Positions 51,492 through 64,000 of a stretch of 64,000 bases of DNA are shown here, piece by piece. The position numbers and the translations under genes are program-made. Origin of the DNA: Antedon mediterranea. Its lineage: Eukaryota; Animalia; Echinodermata. Within the stretch, counting starts at the first letter, position 1; every line of letters begins with the position of its first letter. The notes beneath the pieces were generated by a model, which saw nothing but the letters and a program-made list of their open reading frames with translations, ran no database searches and was not told the DNA's origin. The stretch lies in NCBI RefSeq assembly GCF_964355755.1, contig NC_092678.1, forward strand, positions 13,700,352-13,764,351, given 5' to 3'.

Positions 51492-52006
51492 AGTGAGGTT
51501 TCGCAATCTTACGAATACGATAACAAAAACGGATACGTCACGCACATGTATTCGTTTTTCATAAGCCAGTAAAAATCTGTTTTTTTGCATGGCAACGAAA
51601 TATTGAGGGTGCCGTCCAAAATATGACTGCGGTAAATTTGAGCGAAGCGCAGGTACGTGTTGCTCGATGCTTGACTGCCTAGGCCTTGCGTAACATCAAA
51701 GCGAGTGATGGATTTTAAAAACTGCTATTTCATCAAAATTGACCTGACATTTTAGTAAATAACTTTAGTAAATTACTTTCAATAAAAGTATAATTATATT
51801 ATAATCATGAATCATTACTGATTCAAATGCAAAATGTGCAAAATAGATCAAAAACTATACTCGTTTTGTAGTTACGAATATGACTGGTGATATTCGTCAA
51901 CACGAATATGCTTTACGAATATGAATTGGGGATCAGCTCAAAAGTTTCACAAATGTGTGACGTATCCGTTTTCGTTATCGTATTCGTAAGGTTGCGAAAC
52001 CTCCCT
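51492..52006. mobile_element. MITE with ~50-bp TIRs and 3-bp AAT flanks (PIF/Harbinger-like)
   Basis: agtgaggtttcgcaatcttacgaatacgataac / gttatcgtattcgtaaggttgcgaaacctccct. Confidence 0.75.
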
Positions 52007-52304
52007 AATAATAACAACATTTACGATATCCCACATTATTTATCCAACCCCTAATACACATACTCTTATAATTAAATTACTTGATAGTATTTTATTATAT
52101 TTCTTATGTAATGGAATTCTGAAAAAGGTATGGTTAAACGAACGACAAAGATTGGAAATATTGAAGAAGGAGGTGGGGGAGGATGGCTAAACACAGCAGG
52201 GCAACTCCCTGCATACAGCATAGTACTCGAATCGACATTGAGTGTTTGCATTTCAGCAACAAATTATCGTAATAATGTGAAGGCTTGCATGAGTATATGC
52301 ATAA

Positions 52305-53418
52305 TCTATATATTATACATTTACGTAAGGGCAAAATTCGGTAAATCGCGCGTTATTTCTAGAATCTCCTCCTACAAGAGTTTTAGGCATTTCACCAGTG
52401 GGTAAAATGCACCCTTGTTTTGTGGTCTCTAGTTGTTCCATGGTAATACATGGGCCTGCTACAGGAAGCATGTCCGATGTTGGTGAAGAGTAAGATGCCA
52501 AAGGTTGGAGTTCATCGGATGTGCCAGGAAGTCTGTTTTTACCTTGCCACCATGCAGCCTTCATCATGGTAAGAGATTTCCCATTGGGCACGTCCTCTTC
52601 TCCAATTGATGACTCCGCTTTCGGCCTACTCCAGATTTCAGAAGCTTGAGCTTCGTGTGAGGATATGTGATGATGGGTTGAGCTACAGAGAGTATAAGTC
52701 ACAGACCTAGTACGGGACATTAAATCATTTCTGACTTTGCTCCTTGCTCTCTGTACAACCCTTTGCGGCGACAGTTAAACCTCCTATATTTTCAAGAGCT
52801 TCGGTGATAGTAGCACAATGTTTCCGTGAAACTTACTCACCAGCCTCCTTGTCGTGACACCCAGTGCAGAACCATTCCACCTGTAGCTTTTGCACTCTAG
52901 ATCTAGGTAGATCACTACAGGCTTTCTCGGTCACAGTCATGACTCTACGTGCCCATTCTTCTTTAGTTTCGTGTCGTTCCTGTTTTAGAGACCGCTCACC
53001 GTCTCCAAAACGTACACTGAGGACATCCATCATCTCTTTGAAATCTAATGTTGGCTCCATACTTAGAAGATTGGTTAAGAACTTCGCCGCAGGTCCCTCT
53101 ATACACAAAAAAAGGCCATTTTTACTATCCCCGGCGGTAAGGTTCTGCGCCTTTGCGAAAGATCTGAACCGTTTCTTAAAAGGATACCAGTTATCATCCC
53201 AGCCATTAAAAGTTAGAGACTTGGGAATGTCTTTTTGTCTCAATAGTTTTTGTGATCGGTGGGAATGCCTGTTTTTAATAGCTGAAAACCGGTTGAACAG
53301 CTCGAGTGCATCATTATAATGTTGAAGACAGGCCGATTTTCTTTAAAAAATACTATTTTGATAGATTTAATATACATTTATACAAATGTATTGAATTGCC
53401 ATGAATGGAACATTCCAC
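52305..53418 (+). mobile_element. Helitron copy 3, internally deleted and 3'-truncated, containing a gag fragment
   Basis: A|TCTATATA 5' end; 52305-52375 matches the family; family sequence resumes at ~53270 (tgtttttaatagctgaaaaccgg). Confidence 0.75.
52760..53270 (-). pseudogene. Ty3/Gypsy gag (capsid) fragment
   Basis: FNGWDDNWYPFKKRF...LFLCIEGPAAKFL...LSVRFG...LKQERHETKEEWARRV...QVEWFCTG fits a retrotransposon gag with an MHR-like Q...E....W..R motif. Frameshifted downstream. Confidence 0.75.
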
Positions 53419-55504
53419 ATTATTTGTTTTAACCTCGGAGGGATACCTCAATGGTTTAGGGTATGTTTAGACTCACGGAGTTCCGGTGGAGTTATGTAAG
53501 CAGCGAAAAAAAAATCGCCACCATGGCAGATGAATATAGTTTAAGCCCAATACAGTACTCCTCTACTGCTAGGCCTACACTTCTAGTACTACTAACTCTA
53601 ACTAGTCTTTTCTTACCAGCTTGCTGAATTGTATGTTCTGCTTACTATATTAATTACACTAGCTGTGAATATAGTATTGACATTGTTAAATAAATCAAGT
53701 ATAATAGTAATGACCTTATATGTTACGGTTTACTGATCATCCGTCTGTGTGTACAGCGGCCCCACTGCATGCTGCATAGCATCGCGTCTATATAGGCTTA
53801 GTACACCTACCTATACTACAGGTGTAGTCTGTAGTCTCACTCTGTGCCTCAGGCTGCCAAGCATCCTAAGTTGTATTAGTTTTTTTGTACTTTTGAACTC
53901 TTGAATACATCAACATGTTGTTCGAATGCTTCTCCACTTTTACCTGATCTTCGTTGCGCTTGTATTTTTGTATAAAAAATGCACCAAGAGTTGACAATAA
54001 TACTTTTTTATTTCTTCCTCATCTGCAAGCCCCAAAACGTCTGAACTGGTTGTTTAGTCGAGAAGTTTGTCGTCTGCTGAAAATAAATTGCGCATTATTG
54101 GTCCAATTAAGGTCGATCAGGTGAGGGAAAATGGCAACGGCAGAAATTTTATTTGTTATCGTTTTTAAATCAATATTTCTCTCAAATGTCAGGATAACTT
54201 TTGTGGGATTTTTGGCTCAAGCATTCCTATATTATAGTTTACTTTTAACAAGAAAGTTACGAAAGTTCTTTTATTATGCCTAATGAGGAACGGGAAAAAT
54301 ATGTTTAACTTCACCGAAAGGCCTAGTATGGATGTATAACAAAATAAACAAGACATATTTCTTACAAAAAACGCTGCTCGCTTATTGATGTAACAGTTTT
54401 AAAGATATATTGTCCCTCTGAAAAATATTTTTTATTTCAAATTTGTTTTGAATGTGCCATTTTATTGTCACATAATAGTTATTTTACCTGAAAAAATGTA
54501 ATTAAAAGCAAAAAATACTTCAATTGTCTGTCAGACAATGTGGTTTTTGAGTTATAATTAAACGTTTCTTTTCTTTTTCTATAATGTGAATTTTGTTACA
54601 GAAGTGAATAACTTTGATATGAAACAGACTCAACTTAGTTTATTTTATTGATAAGGTCAAGTCTGGGGGTCACTTCATCACCCCTTAGATACTTCAAGTG
54701 TGAAGTATCATGTTACAAACAAAACTTTCATGGACTGTTTTGATAATAATTCAATGATTATCTGACAGCGAAATACAGTATTATCATGGGACTCATAAAT
54801 ATCAGAAATGCAGCTGCTACCTATACATTATAGTGGAGTTTCTATTTTAACAAATAAAGGGTCTGTTTCTGCTGCATAACGCAATTTAACCGGTTATTTT
54901 TAAATAGATTAAAAATAGATAACAATAACAAGACCGCGTTTCTGCTCAATTTGTGCTCCGAAATAACCGGTTAAATCTATGGGTGGTCGTCGAGCAAAAC
55001 GTCATAATTACCCAAAATGCAATACACTCAGACGGAAGTAGTAAGTTGGCTGTTTGTTTACATCGACGTCGTGAGTACACACGTGTGTGATCGCCGAACA
55101 TCTCACTCAAACATGTTAAAAAAATAAAATGTTGTCTCCAGGTCTACAAGTTTTGTTTTTTGTAAAGCCTACTTACATCGCTAAAGGCCGGTGCACACCG
55201 AACGCGAAGCAGCGAAGCGTCATGCGTCACGCGTCATTTGACGGATCGCTTTGAAAGTTGAATTGTCATGCGTCTATTAGTTTTTCTTGTCGGTTCCCAC
55301 TAAACGCGTCACGATCTGCTGATTCGGCGCGATTGCTAGGGTGTTCCAGGTTGGATCTGCATACAATGAATAGTGTAAGTGAAACCAGAGAAGAGTTAAA
55401 TTAAAATGTAATTTAACTCTTCCCTGGTTAAACCATTCACAGTGTTTGGTTTTGGTGGGAAAATGTTATCCTTTTCCAAAGCCTGAAATGTGCATGATTG
55501 TATG

Positions 55505-56850
55505 TAGGGGAGATAGGGGCTAAAAGTCACACATTCATTCTAATCTCCTATAAATATTAAGTTTTAGGCTAAATTAACTTAGTTTGTACCTTCAAATATA
55601 GCCTAGGGTATGGTCTATATAAGGGGACCATTGATTGTGAAAATACTCTTGACCGTGACCCAGGGGAGCACTTTTCCCCAATGGGTCAGATGTGACAACT
55701 TGCCCCGTACATGGGGCAAGTTGTCACATGCAGCTCAGTGGGGCACTTTGTCACATCGTTAAAAATAAGACAATATGCATGAAAGATCTGCTTAAAACTT
55801 ATTTATTTATAGAAAGTGTGTTTATACATAAGTTAGTGAGTTTAGATGATGAATAATGTATTAAAAACAATAATAATAAGTATTAAAGTATGTTGTAATC
55901 GATATAGGTCTATTTATAGTCTATAGTCCTGTTGCAGAGAGTCCGCAATACATTTATCTACAATGTCACTTTAAATAAAATCTAGCTAGCAACATCATTC
56001 ACATGTGAAGTCTGCATCTGATTCATTGATACCAGCACAATCTTCATGAGCCTATTCTTCACAGACAGAGAACATGATACAGATTCCTCCTGACACGGAA
56101 TAATCTTCTTTGCATTACAAACACATCCAATTTCTTTCTTCTTTGGTTCTGATGTTCATCTAAAACTTTTTTTACGCTTTTAATTGCGTACCATATGAAT
56201 AAAATAGAAAAAATAATATAAACATTGTGTTTTCTCGATTATTAGGGGTCCCTATATCCTATCCAATTGACAAGAAAACAAAATGATTAGGCCTACAAAG
56301 CAAGAATAGGCCTATCTAGCAGTTTATTTATTTATATGACAGTAATAGAGGCCTAAAATAGTAAATAGTCTGTAAGAGAGTGTATATGACTAGAGAACGT
56401 TTCTTAGGCCGTAGGACTGGGATAGATAAAACACTAAAATAAAATGTTTAGGGGAAAGTTGTCACAGGTTGTGACAACTTGCCCCACTACCATATTTAAT
56501 AGAAAACCCACTCGTTACACAAAATCCGTGGTAAACAAGCGACCATACTCTTGAACATTGTTTAGCACTGATATTTAACTACATTATAACATAAATTTCT
56601 CCTTTGTAAACCACAATGATAAGCATACATACCGTTTTTAGTAGAAATACAAAAAGTTGATCTATAGGCCAAAAAATGAGGTGTTTTTAGTACATGAAAT
56701 CTAGAAATAGTTTTGTCTTGGTCTTCGGTATGTGTGAAGTGCACAGTAAGGGGTAACAAATCAGGTCACTAACTGGAACATTCCATTTCTTTAAAGGGTT
56801 GAAAAAGCACTGTGACAACTTACCCCTGTGACTTTTAGCCCCTCCCTCCA
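55505..56850 (-). mobile_element. pogo-like deletion derivative with PHD-finger remnant
   Basis: Inverted ends ggggagataggggctaaaagtcaca / tgtgacttttagcccctccctcc and ggggcaagttgtcaca subterminal repeats. Minus 56000-56130 reads WMCL*CKEDY...VCEE*AHEDCAG...FTCE*C. Confidence 0.65.
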
Positions 56851-58784
56851 AGCAGTCAAACATCGTATCACAAGGACAGAAAAAGATGTATCCAATATCA
56901 ATACAGTTACAAGAATTAAAGCGTTTATTGTTGATTACACGTACATGTGATCTGCTGAGTATTAGTGGCGTTACAAATATCTTTTGCAGCGTCAGCCTAC
57001 CAATCAACAGAGGTGCAATTGTAATTACAGTCACATTGCAACAACATTTTATAACCATATAAAACATTTCATATAAACACGAACTGGGAATCTCAATGGG
57101 TTGACCAACTATAGCATAGGTGTTTAGCACCTGTTTGGTCTTTCCGTGCCTCCTTTTATAATTGTTTTGTCTTCTTATGTTTATGGCAGAAATTGAATAA
57201 ATAAATAAATAAATAAAATAAACTATAGGCCTATATATTAATGTAAAGTTTTCACATTCATTTTCTAATTATTATTAAATATTATATTATTCATGACAAA
57301 ACATACAGTTTTTTTCTCATTTGATTAAATGTAATAAATATCCCAAACTCATATTTACACTTTATATTATCTTATGACTTTTTTTCACATAAATACACTT
57401 ATTTAAATAGTGAATCATTGTTTTTAAGGGTATCATTAAATAATTAATCGTTACACTGTATATTATCTTATGACTTTTTCACATAAATACACTTATTGAA
57501 ATAGTGAATCATTGTTTTTAAAGGTATCATTAAATATCAACCAGATTTTCTTTTTTACTACTCCTGAATACTTTCGCAAAATAATATCAAAATAATAAAT
57601 TTAAAAGGTATCATCCCAAAAAAAAAAATGAAAATTGAAGAAATATTATTATTGTTAAAAGTGAATAACTAACCCTAAAGTGTTATACTGTATAACACAC
57701 ACAACGAAAATGTTTTAAATTATATTTTCAGGAAGACAATATATCTTGTCCAAAAAATGACACTAAACTTAAAGATGTATTGTCCCATAGAATCATGAAA
57801 AATGAAGATGATTAAAATCAAATTTGAATAGGCCATTTTGTAGTTTTAACAAAGTTAATCACTTACATAGAAAAAAACCCAACAAAACTTATGTTTTCAC
57901 TTATAAAATGAAAAAAATTCCATTAGCTGGCAGCCAATTTTACTATTTTTTTAGTATTGGAGTATAACAAAACATATACATATATTTCCATGTGTTCTCT
58001 ATTGCTAAAAAAAGAAATTCAGTTCAGCTTTCCTTCTATAACCACTTAATAAATACTAGTTACAGTCCAACTCCTCCTTAATCTCTTCCATTTTCTATTA
58101 AAAAAAAAATGAAACAAGTATTAAAAAATTGCTATAGTAAGGCATATTGCTCAAATCATTTTTTCTGGCCAATGTATGTCACCAACTGACATACCCATTT
58201 GAAAAAAGTCTATACAAACCTGTATCAGCCTCATAATTGCCAGTCCACGTTTTTGAGGAGCAATTGCTCTTAATTCCATGGCAATAATAATACTGGCCGC
58301 TTAAACTACTAGCTTGGTCATTGGTGGAGTTTGTAACGCTGGTAATAGCCTGAAGGATCCCATATGATTTATCAATGTTCATCTAATTGACCTAAAAAAA
58401 AAACAACAGTATTTATGTATTAATATTAGGCCTACTACTACTAGGCCTATCCTAGCCTTACAACACTAAATCAACTAAATATTAGGCCTATAAATATTAA
58501 GTAATAATAATAAGTAGGCTAGGCCTAGCTAGGTTAGTTAGGGCTAGTAGTACTGTACTCATATTTAGTAGTAGGCTTAACCTAGGCTAGGCCTGGCCTA
58601 GCACATAGTAGACTAGTAGGGATTAGTAAGTATTATGTAGGCCTATAAGTACTACTTGGCATGGCCTAGCCTACTAGGGTATATGTAGCCTAGGCTAGGT
58701 AGGCCTAGCTAGGCCCTAGTATTGCCTAAACCTAGGTAGGCCTAGCTAGGCCTAGGCTAGATAGAAATAGGCTTGCCAACTCAC

Positions 58785-58971
58785 TTTACAAATTGATATC
58801 TGACGCGTTTTAGGCCTAGTTTTTCTGGCATTCTTCTACACAGATGTTTGTCTGAAATTATTGTCTTCATGCATTAATCCTTATGTTTCTGTCTGTGTAT
58901 GACTTACTTCCCTTATCGTAAAGACAAGAAGGGTAAGTATTTCCATAAAGACCTCGCTCGTCAGCCACCAT
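58785..58971 (-). pseudogene. MADF/Myb-SANT-like DNA-binding ORF remnant of the Harbinger
   Basis: MVADERGLYGNTYPSCLYDKGSKSYTDRNIRINA* matches YPCLYD...Y.D.....NAW, with the W mutated to a stop. Confidence 0.65.
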
Positions 58972-59395
58972 TTTTTTGCCGTCGGTGTCGTCGATGAGAG
59001 ATATTCCTGACTTCTGATTGGTTGACGAACGCAAACCGCGCTCGCGACGCCTCAAAAAGTTGACCAAGGTTCAACTTTTGAAAATTCGCGTGCGAAGCCT
59101 TCGCTGCTGTCGTTTTCAACGCGTTGAAGTTGAAATTCGACTATCGTACACTGTTCGCTTGTATGTTCACACTGGAAGCGTCCGTCGCCTGCCGCGTGCG
59201 TCACTTTTTAACGCGAAATTCGCGGCTTCGCGTTTGGTGTGCACCGGCCTTAATAAAATTAATTCTCATGGCGCCTTCAATAACATGATGGGGAGGGTCG
59301 TGCAGCGCCCGATCACCTAGGATAATTTTTATCCTCAACAAAGGCGATGAAATACGGCCCTTCCCACGTGAACGACTGTTGTCTTTCGCGAGCGC

Positions 59396-59988
59396 GGTCC
59401 TACAAAACACCAAACGGAAACAAAAACGAGACTCAGAATGTTGCAATACCTACCAAACGAGAGTAGATAATTGTTAATTAATTATGAAAACCCAACTTTT
59501 ATAGCAAAAATCATCCGAATTTATGTTAAAAACGATGAGTTTAGCCACAAAAACTTAAATAAAACGAGAGTATCCAAGTCATAGAATATCGCACGCACAT
59601 AGTGCCTTTAATAAAGTAATGAGTATTAAACATTGTTTCGTATATTTATGTACTAACATAAATAATAACACATTTCTATGCTTAATAAAATCATATTTAA
59701 TATATTATCAAAGGCTCTGATTACCTTTGTTTTCGGTCGATGTGATGTTTTTCTAAAAAATTATATTATGTAAAACGATCAAAGAATGTTCATTGTTCTC
59801 CTATTAAAGGCACTAAGTTTTTGTTGCTAAATTCATCGTTTATAACATAAATTCGGATGATTTTTGCTATAAAATTTGGGTTTTCATAATTAATTAACCA
59901 TTATCTACTATCGTTTGGTAGGTATTTGCAACATTCTGAGTCCCTTTTTTGTTTCAGTTTTGGTGTTTATATAGGACCATCCATACCC
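59396..59988. mobile_element. Foldback MITE with long TIRs, possibly Mutator-like
   Basis: ggtcctacaaaacaccaaa...gactcagaatgttgcaatacctaccaaacg is inverted at 59910-59978. TTCGCGAGCG is duplicated at ~59385 and ~59989 (possible 10-bp TSD). Confidence 0.7.
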
Positions 59989-61236
59989 TTCGCGAGCGTG
60001 TACTAACGCCTCAAATTGCTTAGCTTGGGTAGTCCCCGGAACTCCACCCCAAACTCCTCTTTTACTTTCGCAAAAATGCTCTTATTTATTATCTGTGATT
60101 CTTTTCTATTGCCTGCCATCCTTCCCCGTACTTTCTCTCCCCCCCCCCCCCCACAACTGAATAACCTATCTTGTGATTTCATTCATCCACATACATGTTC
60201 ACTTCTTCGTTCGACTGTCAAAACCACGAGGAAAACACACATCGTATGCGACGGTATCTGACCCGGGGTCACAACTGTCAATCAAATAACCGTTATTTCG
60301 TGTTGCAGCTAAGAATTGCTCAGCGATAACCGGTTAAACGGCGTTCTAACACCGATTTAAATTGGTGTTTTTAACCGGTTATTTTGCGCTGCCTTTTAAC
60401 CGGTTACCACAAATTTGTCCTGTTTCTGCTGCCAAGAAAATGGAGTTAATTTATTCACACCGATTTTAATTTATTCACACCGATTTTAACCGGTTATTTT
60501 TGATGCAGCAGAAACAGGCCCAAAGTGTAGTACTATAACTGCTGCTTGATTTCAACTAATTAATGAGTCATTTCGTGTGACGTAGCAGGCTAGAGCAGCA
60601 GCGTGAAAAGAAGTAATTGTGAATTACAGGAAATCCGCCATCTTTCTACAACTCACTATGTCGGTCGGTTGATCGGTTGGTTGGTTGGTCGGTCGGTAAA
60701 CACTAACTTGTATATGGCCTTGTCTTGATATTAGTTTCATCTAGCTAAGTAAATGTTTTACAGTATATTAAGGCCAGGAATCGTGGTTATGTTTTTACGG
60801 TGCACAATCAACAAAAATGACACGGTCTACGCACGATTTAACGAAAACACGTTTTAATCATATCTCCATAAGCATGAATCACAATTAAATCAAATTTGGT
60901 ACTCATAAATTTCAGGTCATATTTCATCATATGGCAATGCAATTACGTGCGTAGCGCATATAACGCATGCGTACGCGCGCTTAAAATTGTCAAAACTGTC
61001 AACATTTATTTTCGATGAAATTAGAGTACGTTTCAGGCCATTTTAAGCGTTTAAAAATGTGCCATTAGTGCACAGTTTTTCCACGCGCCTAAACTTAATA
61101 TGCACTCTTTTTGCCCAATTTCTGTTTTACAACCTTTCTTTAATAATATCATCAAGAATCTCCATGTAGGGCTTTCTCTTTTCAGCCCTTGGTTTTCTCA
61201 TCTTGCCACCTCTTCATATAATCTATAAGATTTCCT

Positions 61237-61710
61237 TTTTAGTCGCGTGCAACGCGACTCTACAATTCACTATGTCGGTCGGTTATTTATTTTATTTTAT
61301 TTATTAATTTTATGTCTTTAGGCAATGTTGCCAAGGATTACCAATAGTGAATTAATCCAAGGGCTATTTTGTGAACCAGTTCACAGGGGTAACCCCCTAC
61401 TCTTTTCGAATAATGAACTGGGTTCTTTAAAGTGGCTCGGGTTATAACTATGTACACTGGACCTACTGTTTATAGTCCTTATCCGAGAAGACTTGTTCCA
61501 CCACCAGAACTAGGAGCGAGTCGGACTCGAACCCTTGCCGATGTTGTTGGCTCTTTAGGTACGGTAAACGGTGCCTCTGCTTTAACCGCTCGGCCATTTG
61601 ATTCGGTTGGTCGGTGGCTCGGTCACACTAACTTGTATATAGCCTTGTCTTGATATCAGTTTCATGTAGCTAAGTCAATTTTGAGCACGCGACTGCAGCA
61701 ATGTATATTC
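61237..61710 (+). mobile_element. DINE/HINE-like element with (GGTY)n microsatellite, interrupted by a SINE; related copy at ~60645-61140
   Basis: tttttagtcgcgtgcaacgcgact 5' hairpin subTIR, gtcggtcgg repeats and 3' subTIR gcacgcgact. Confidence 0.6.
61285..61603 (-). mobile_element. tRNA-derived SINE with MetaSINE-like core
   Basis: A box TGGCCGAGCGG, B box GGTTCGAGTCC, core cttctcggataaggactataaac...ttaaagaaccc...attcgaaaagagtagggg, A-rich tail and tcggtt on both sides. Confidence 0.8.
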
Positions 61711-61824
61711 AGCAACAACAACAACAATAGCAATATCAATAACAACAACAACAGACAGCAGACAGTAGACAACAGACAACAAATATTATATAACACCTAA
61801 ATAAATTCCTGTCATTTGATTGGA

Positions 61825-63010
61825 CGTACATCCGTATTTCACGTGTTCAAATTTCTTCTACACGTTAATATGTTTTTGCTGAGATAATTTCTTTCCAAAT
61901 TGCTATCTTCTTGTTTCATTTTGATACCGTCACCATGTTAAAAATGTAAATAAATGGCGGGTCCCGTAATTTTGCCTATTCTACACTGTATGTAATATGA
62001 ATACAGATTATACTGTGAACTGTAAACTGTATATACTATATGACACAAAATAGACTGAATTTAGCACTAACAACATATCATATTCTTCAGTTCAGGTCAT
62101 AATGCCATAATCTTTTTCTGTGTGCAACATTCCAACGTATGACGTGCACATTTGCTTGCGTTTGGCGTTTGTCGAGCTGATAACTAACTCGTCAAAGTGA
62201 AGAGTTTCATGTCTAGTTCTTCTTTCTTTCCCGGATATTTGTGACCAGCATATCTCTTTTGCTTGTAAACATCACTTTGTATACTTGGTAAAAAGATTAA
62301 CATTGAAGTGTTCAGCCAAGCTTTTGGACGATGTCAGATCCGCGTTGCGTAATTTACGCGCGATTTTATGAATTTCTGATCATATCTTTAGAACCAACAA
62401 ATATGGTTTCATGAAACTTAACAAAATTATAATTCATCATTTTACCAACATCATACCAACTTTCTATGGATTAAAAATGTCATGTTTCACAAGTTACGCG
62501 CGCATGCGCATTTAAAATTTCAAAATGCCCAAAATTAATTTGTAATCAACTTTCTACGCTGATCATGACATTTTGAAATTCCCACGCGCGCGAAAAATGT
62601 TACGCGTAAGGTGTGCACGGAGCATGAAAATCATGTTTTTTTCTCTTGAATTATGATTTTACAGCCTTTCTTAGTCATTTTAATAAAGATTGACATCATT
62701 TCAAATTAAAATGACGTTATACGAACACGTTGATTTTGTCCATTTGCGCGCGTTTTAGTTGAAAAAGTGACAAAATATTGTTAAAATTAGGCCTTTTTTT
62801 AATCTATTATAGCTCCTATGCTCTCATGTGAGCAGATATGTTGTAGATATGAATTCATGTAGAATGGTTACCTCTCGGATGATATGACGTCATCGTATGG
62901 CCACACGAATGTAAAATATAGGATTTTTGTCTCTTTTGTTATTGCTCATCATATTCAACATAGCGCATCTCGCTTATACGTATTCCATTTTCCCCGAGAT
63001 TTTATTATTC
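61825..63010 (+). mobile_element. Two partial copies of the Helentron-like family found at 24488-26071
   Basis: 61825-62218 matches ~25715-26070 including the terminal stem-loop. 62340-63010 matches ~24700-25390. Confidence 0.8.
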
Positions 63011-63082
63011 ATTCATTCATTCATCTTTTATTTCGGGAAAAAAAATCTCCATAGTTCAGTAACAAATTAGTGTACATTATTG

Positions 63083-63760
63083 TAAATACCTGCACACAAT
63101 AATACGAGGATTCTTCGCATTTTCCTATCTCCTCCTACGATAATTGTTTTTAATAGCTGAAAACCGGTTGAACAGCTCGAGTACAGTATCATAATGTTGA
63201 AGACAGGCCGATTTAAAAAAAAAATACTATTTTGATAGATTTAATATACGTTTATACAAATGTATTGAGTATCGATGAATGGAACATTCCAATCTTTCAG
63301 ACTCCCAGTTTGTAGGTAAATTTATGAGCCCTTGGTTTAACACAAGTAGGTAAATTTATGTGCCCTTGAGAATAAAACTTATATATAGTATTGCAATACC
63401 TTGACAATATTGTAAATACTGTACGTATTAACCATTTTTGTTCGCCATTTGAATCGAAATTGTCTTACTGTGAATGTGGTTACTGATATATAAACAAAAT
63501 ATACAAAGAACATTTATTACTGTGACTGTGGGTAGATTACTGACAGTTGCTTCTCAACGTTTGTATTAATTAATAATTATAAAAATATAAACGTCGTAGT
63601 GGTGTATCGTTACATGTACTTTAATATTTCAATCGACTATAACAGGGATAGTTTTTAAAAAGTATGATAAATCGTAAATGGTTTACTGTGTTTAGTGGTA
63701 TATTATTGATAAGCCTATAAAATATTTTTTAAACAAACCCAATTTGTGTTTTGTATATGT
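63083..63760 (+). mobile_element. Helitron copy 4, internal fragments
   Basis: 63083-63295 matches ~17675-17886. 63535-63760 matches ~18345-18540. Confidence 0.75.
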
Positions 63761-64000
63761 GGGGATTAATCTAATCATGTGATAATTAAATACTGCCCCC
63801 CTATAGGTGTTGCTGCCCCCTATAATTGTAACAGTCTTTTTCAAATGATTTGCTTTCTTTTGTATTCATGAACCGGTCAAGAAAGCAGATAGTTTTGTCT
63901 CTTACTTAATTAAAGATCTGATTAAAAGGACCATACTGATCTCTATTGTTATGCTAAAAACAAATTAAAACCAAATACACCACCGGACCGTGGTAAAAGT

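Larger units (their letters stand above)
55185..59250 (-). mobile_element. Non-autonomous PIF/Harbinger transposon
   Basis: TIR aggccggtgcacaccgaacgcgaagc / gcttcgcgtttggtgtgcaccggcct, TAA TSD on both sides, and a MADF-like remnant inside. Confidence 0.85.
54859..60521. mobile_element. Outer MITE (GGG...CCC ends, AAA flanks, taaccggtta subterminal repeats) split by nested insertions
   Basis: gggtctgtttctgctgcat / atgcagcagaaacaggccc, with multiple palindromic TAACCGGTTA at both ends. Confidence 0.75.

Noticed and set aside
57345-57535. ~95-bp direct duplication
   Set aside because: Ordinary local tandem duplication inside the Harbinger element.

Overview
AT-rich, intron-containing animal genomic DNA, almost entirely transposon-derived; the host taxon cannot be determined (inference: an invertebrate). 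Main finding 1: a 7,118-bp non-autonomous Maverick/Polinton (5580-12697). It has AGTAGT/ACTACT ends, ~585-bp TIRs, a perfect GTTCAA 6-bp TSD and a dead integrase stub, and it carries an intact intronless Bcl-2-like ORF plus an orphan ORF. Main finding 2: a ~21-kb block (20116-41190) with imperfect CATAT-starting inverted ends that splits a ~170-bp tandem-repeat unit. It holds two co-oriented transposase genes: an 11-exon RAG1-like/Chapaev transposase (Zn knuckle, RING, DDE; ~899 aa reconstructed) and an intronless AcademX transposase-XPG nuclease-Cys8 gene (~1760 aa). Also present are a non-autonomous Helitron family (4 copies, one carrying a gag fragment), Helentron/DINE-like elements, nested Harbinger/pogo elements, a tandem array of tRNA-like units with an ATC anticodon, a MetaSINE-like SINE, and RTE, CR1/L2 and Penelope fragments. 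No host gene could be confidently modelled. All family calls come from reading motifs by eye, not from database searches.
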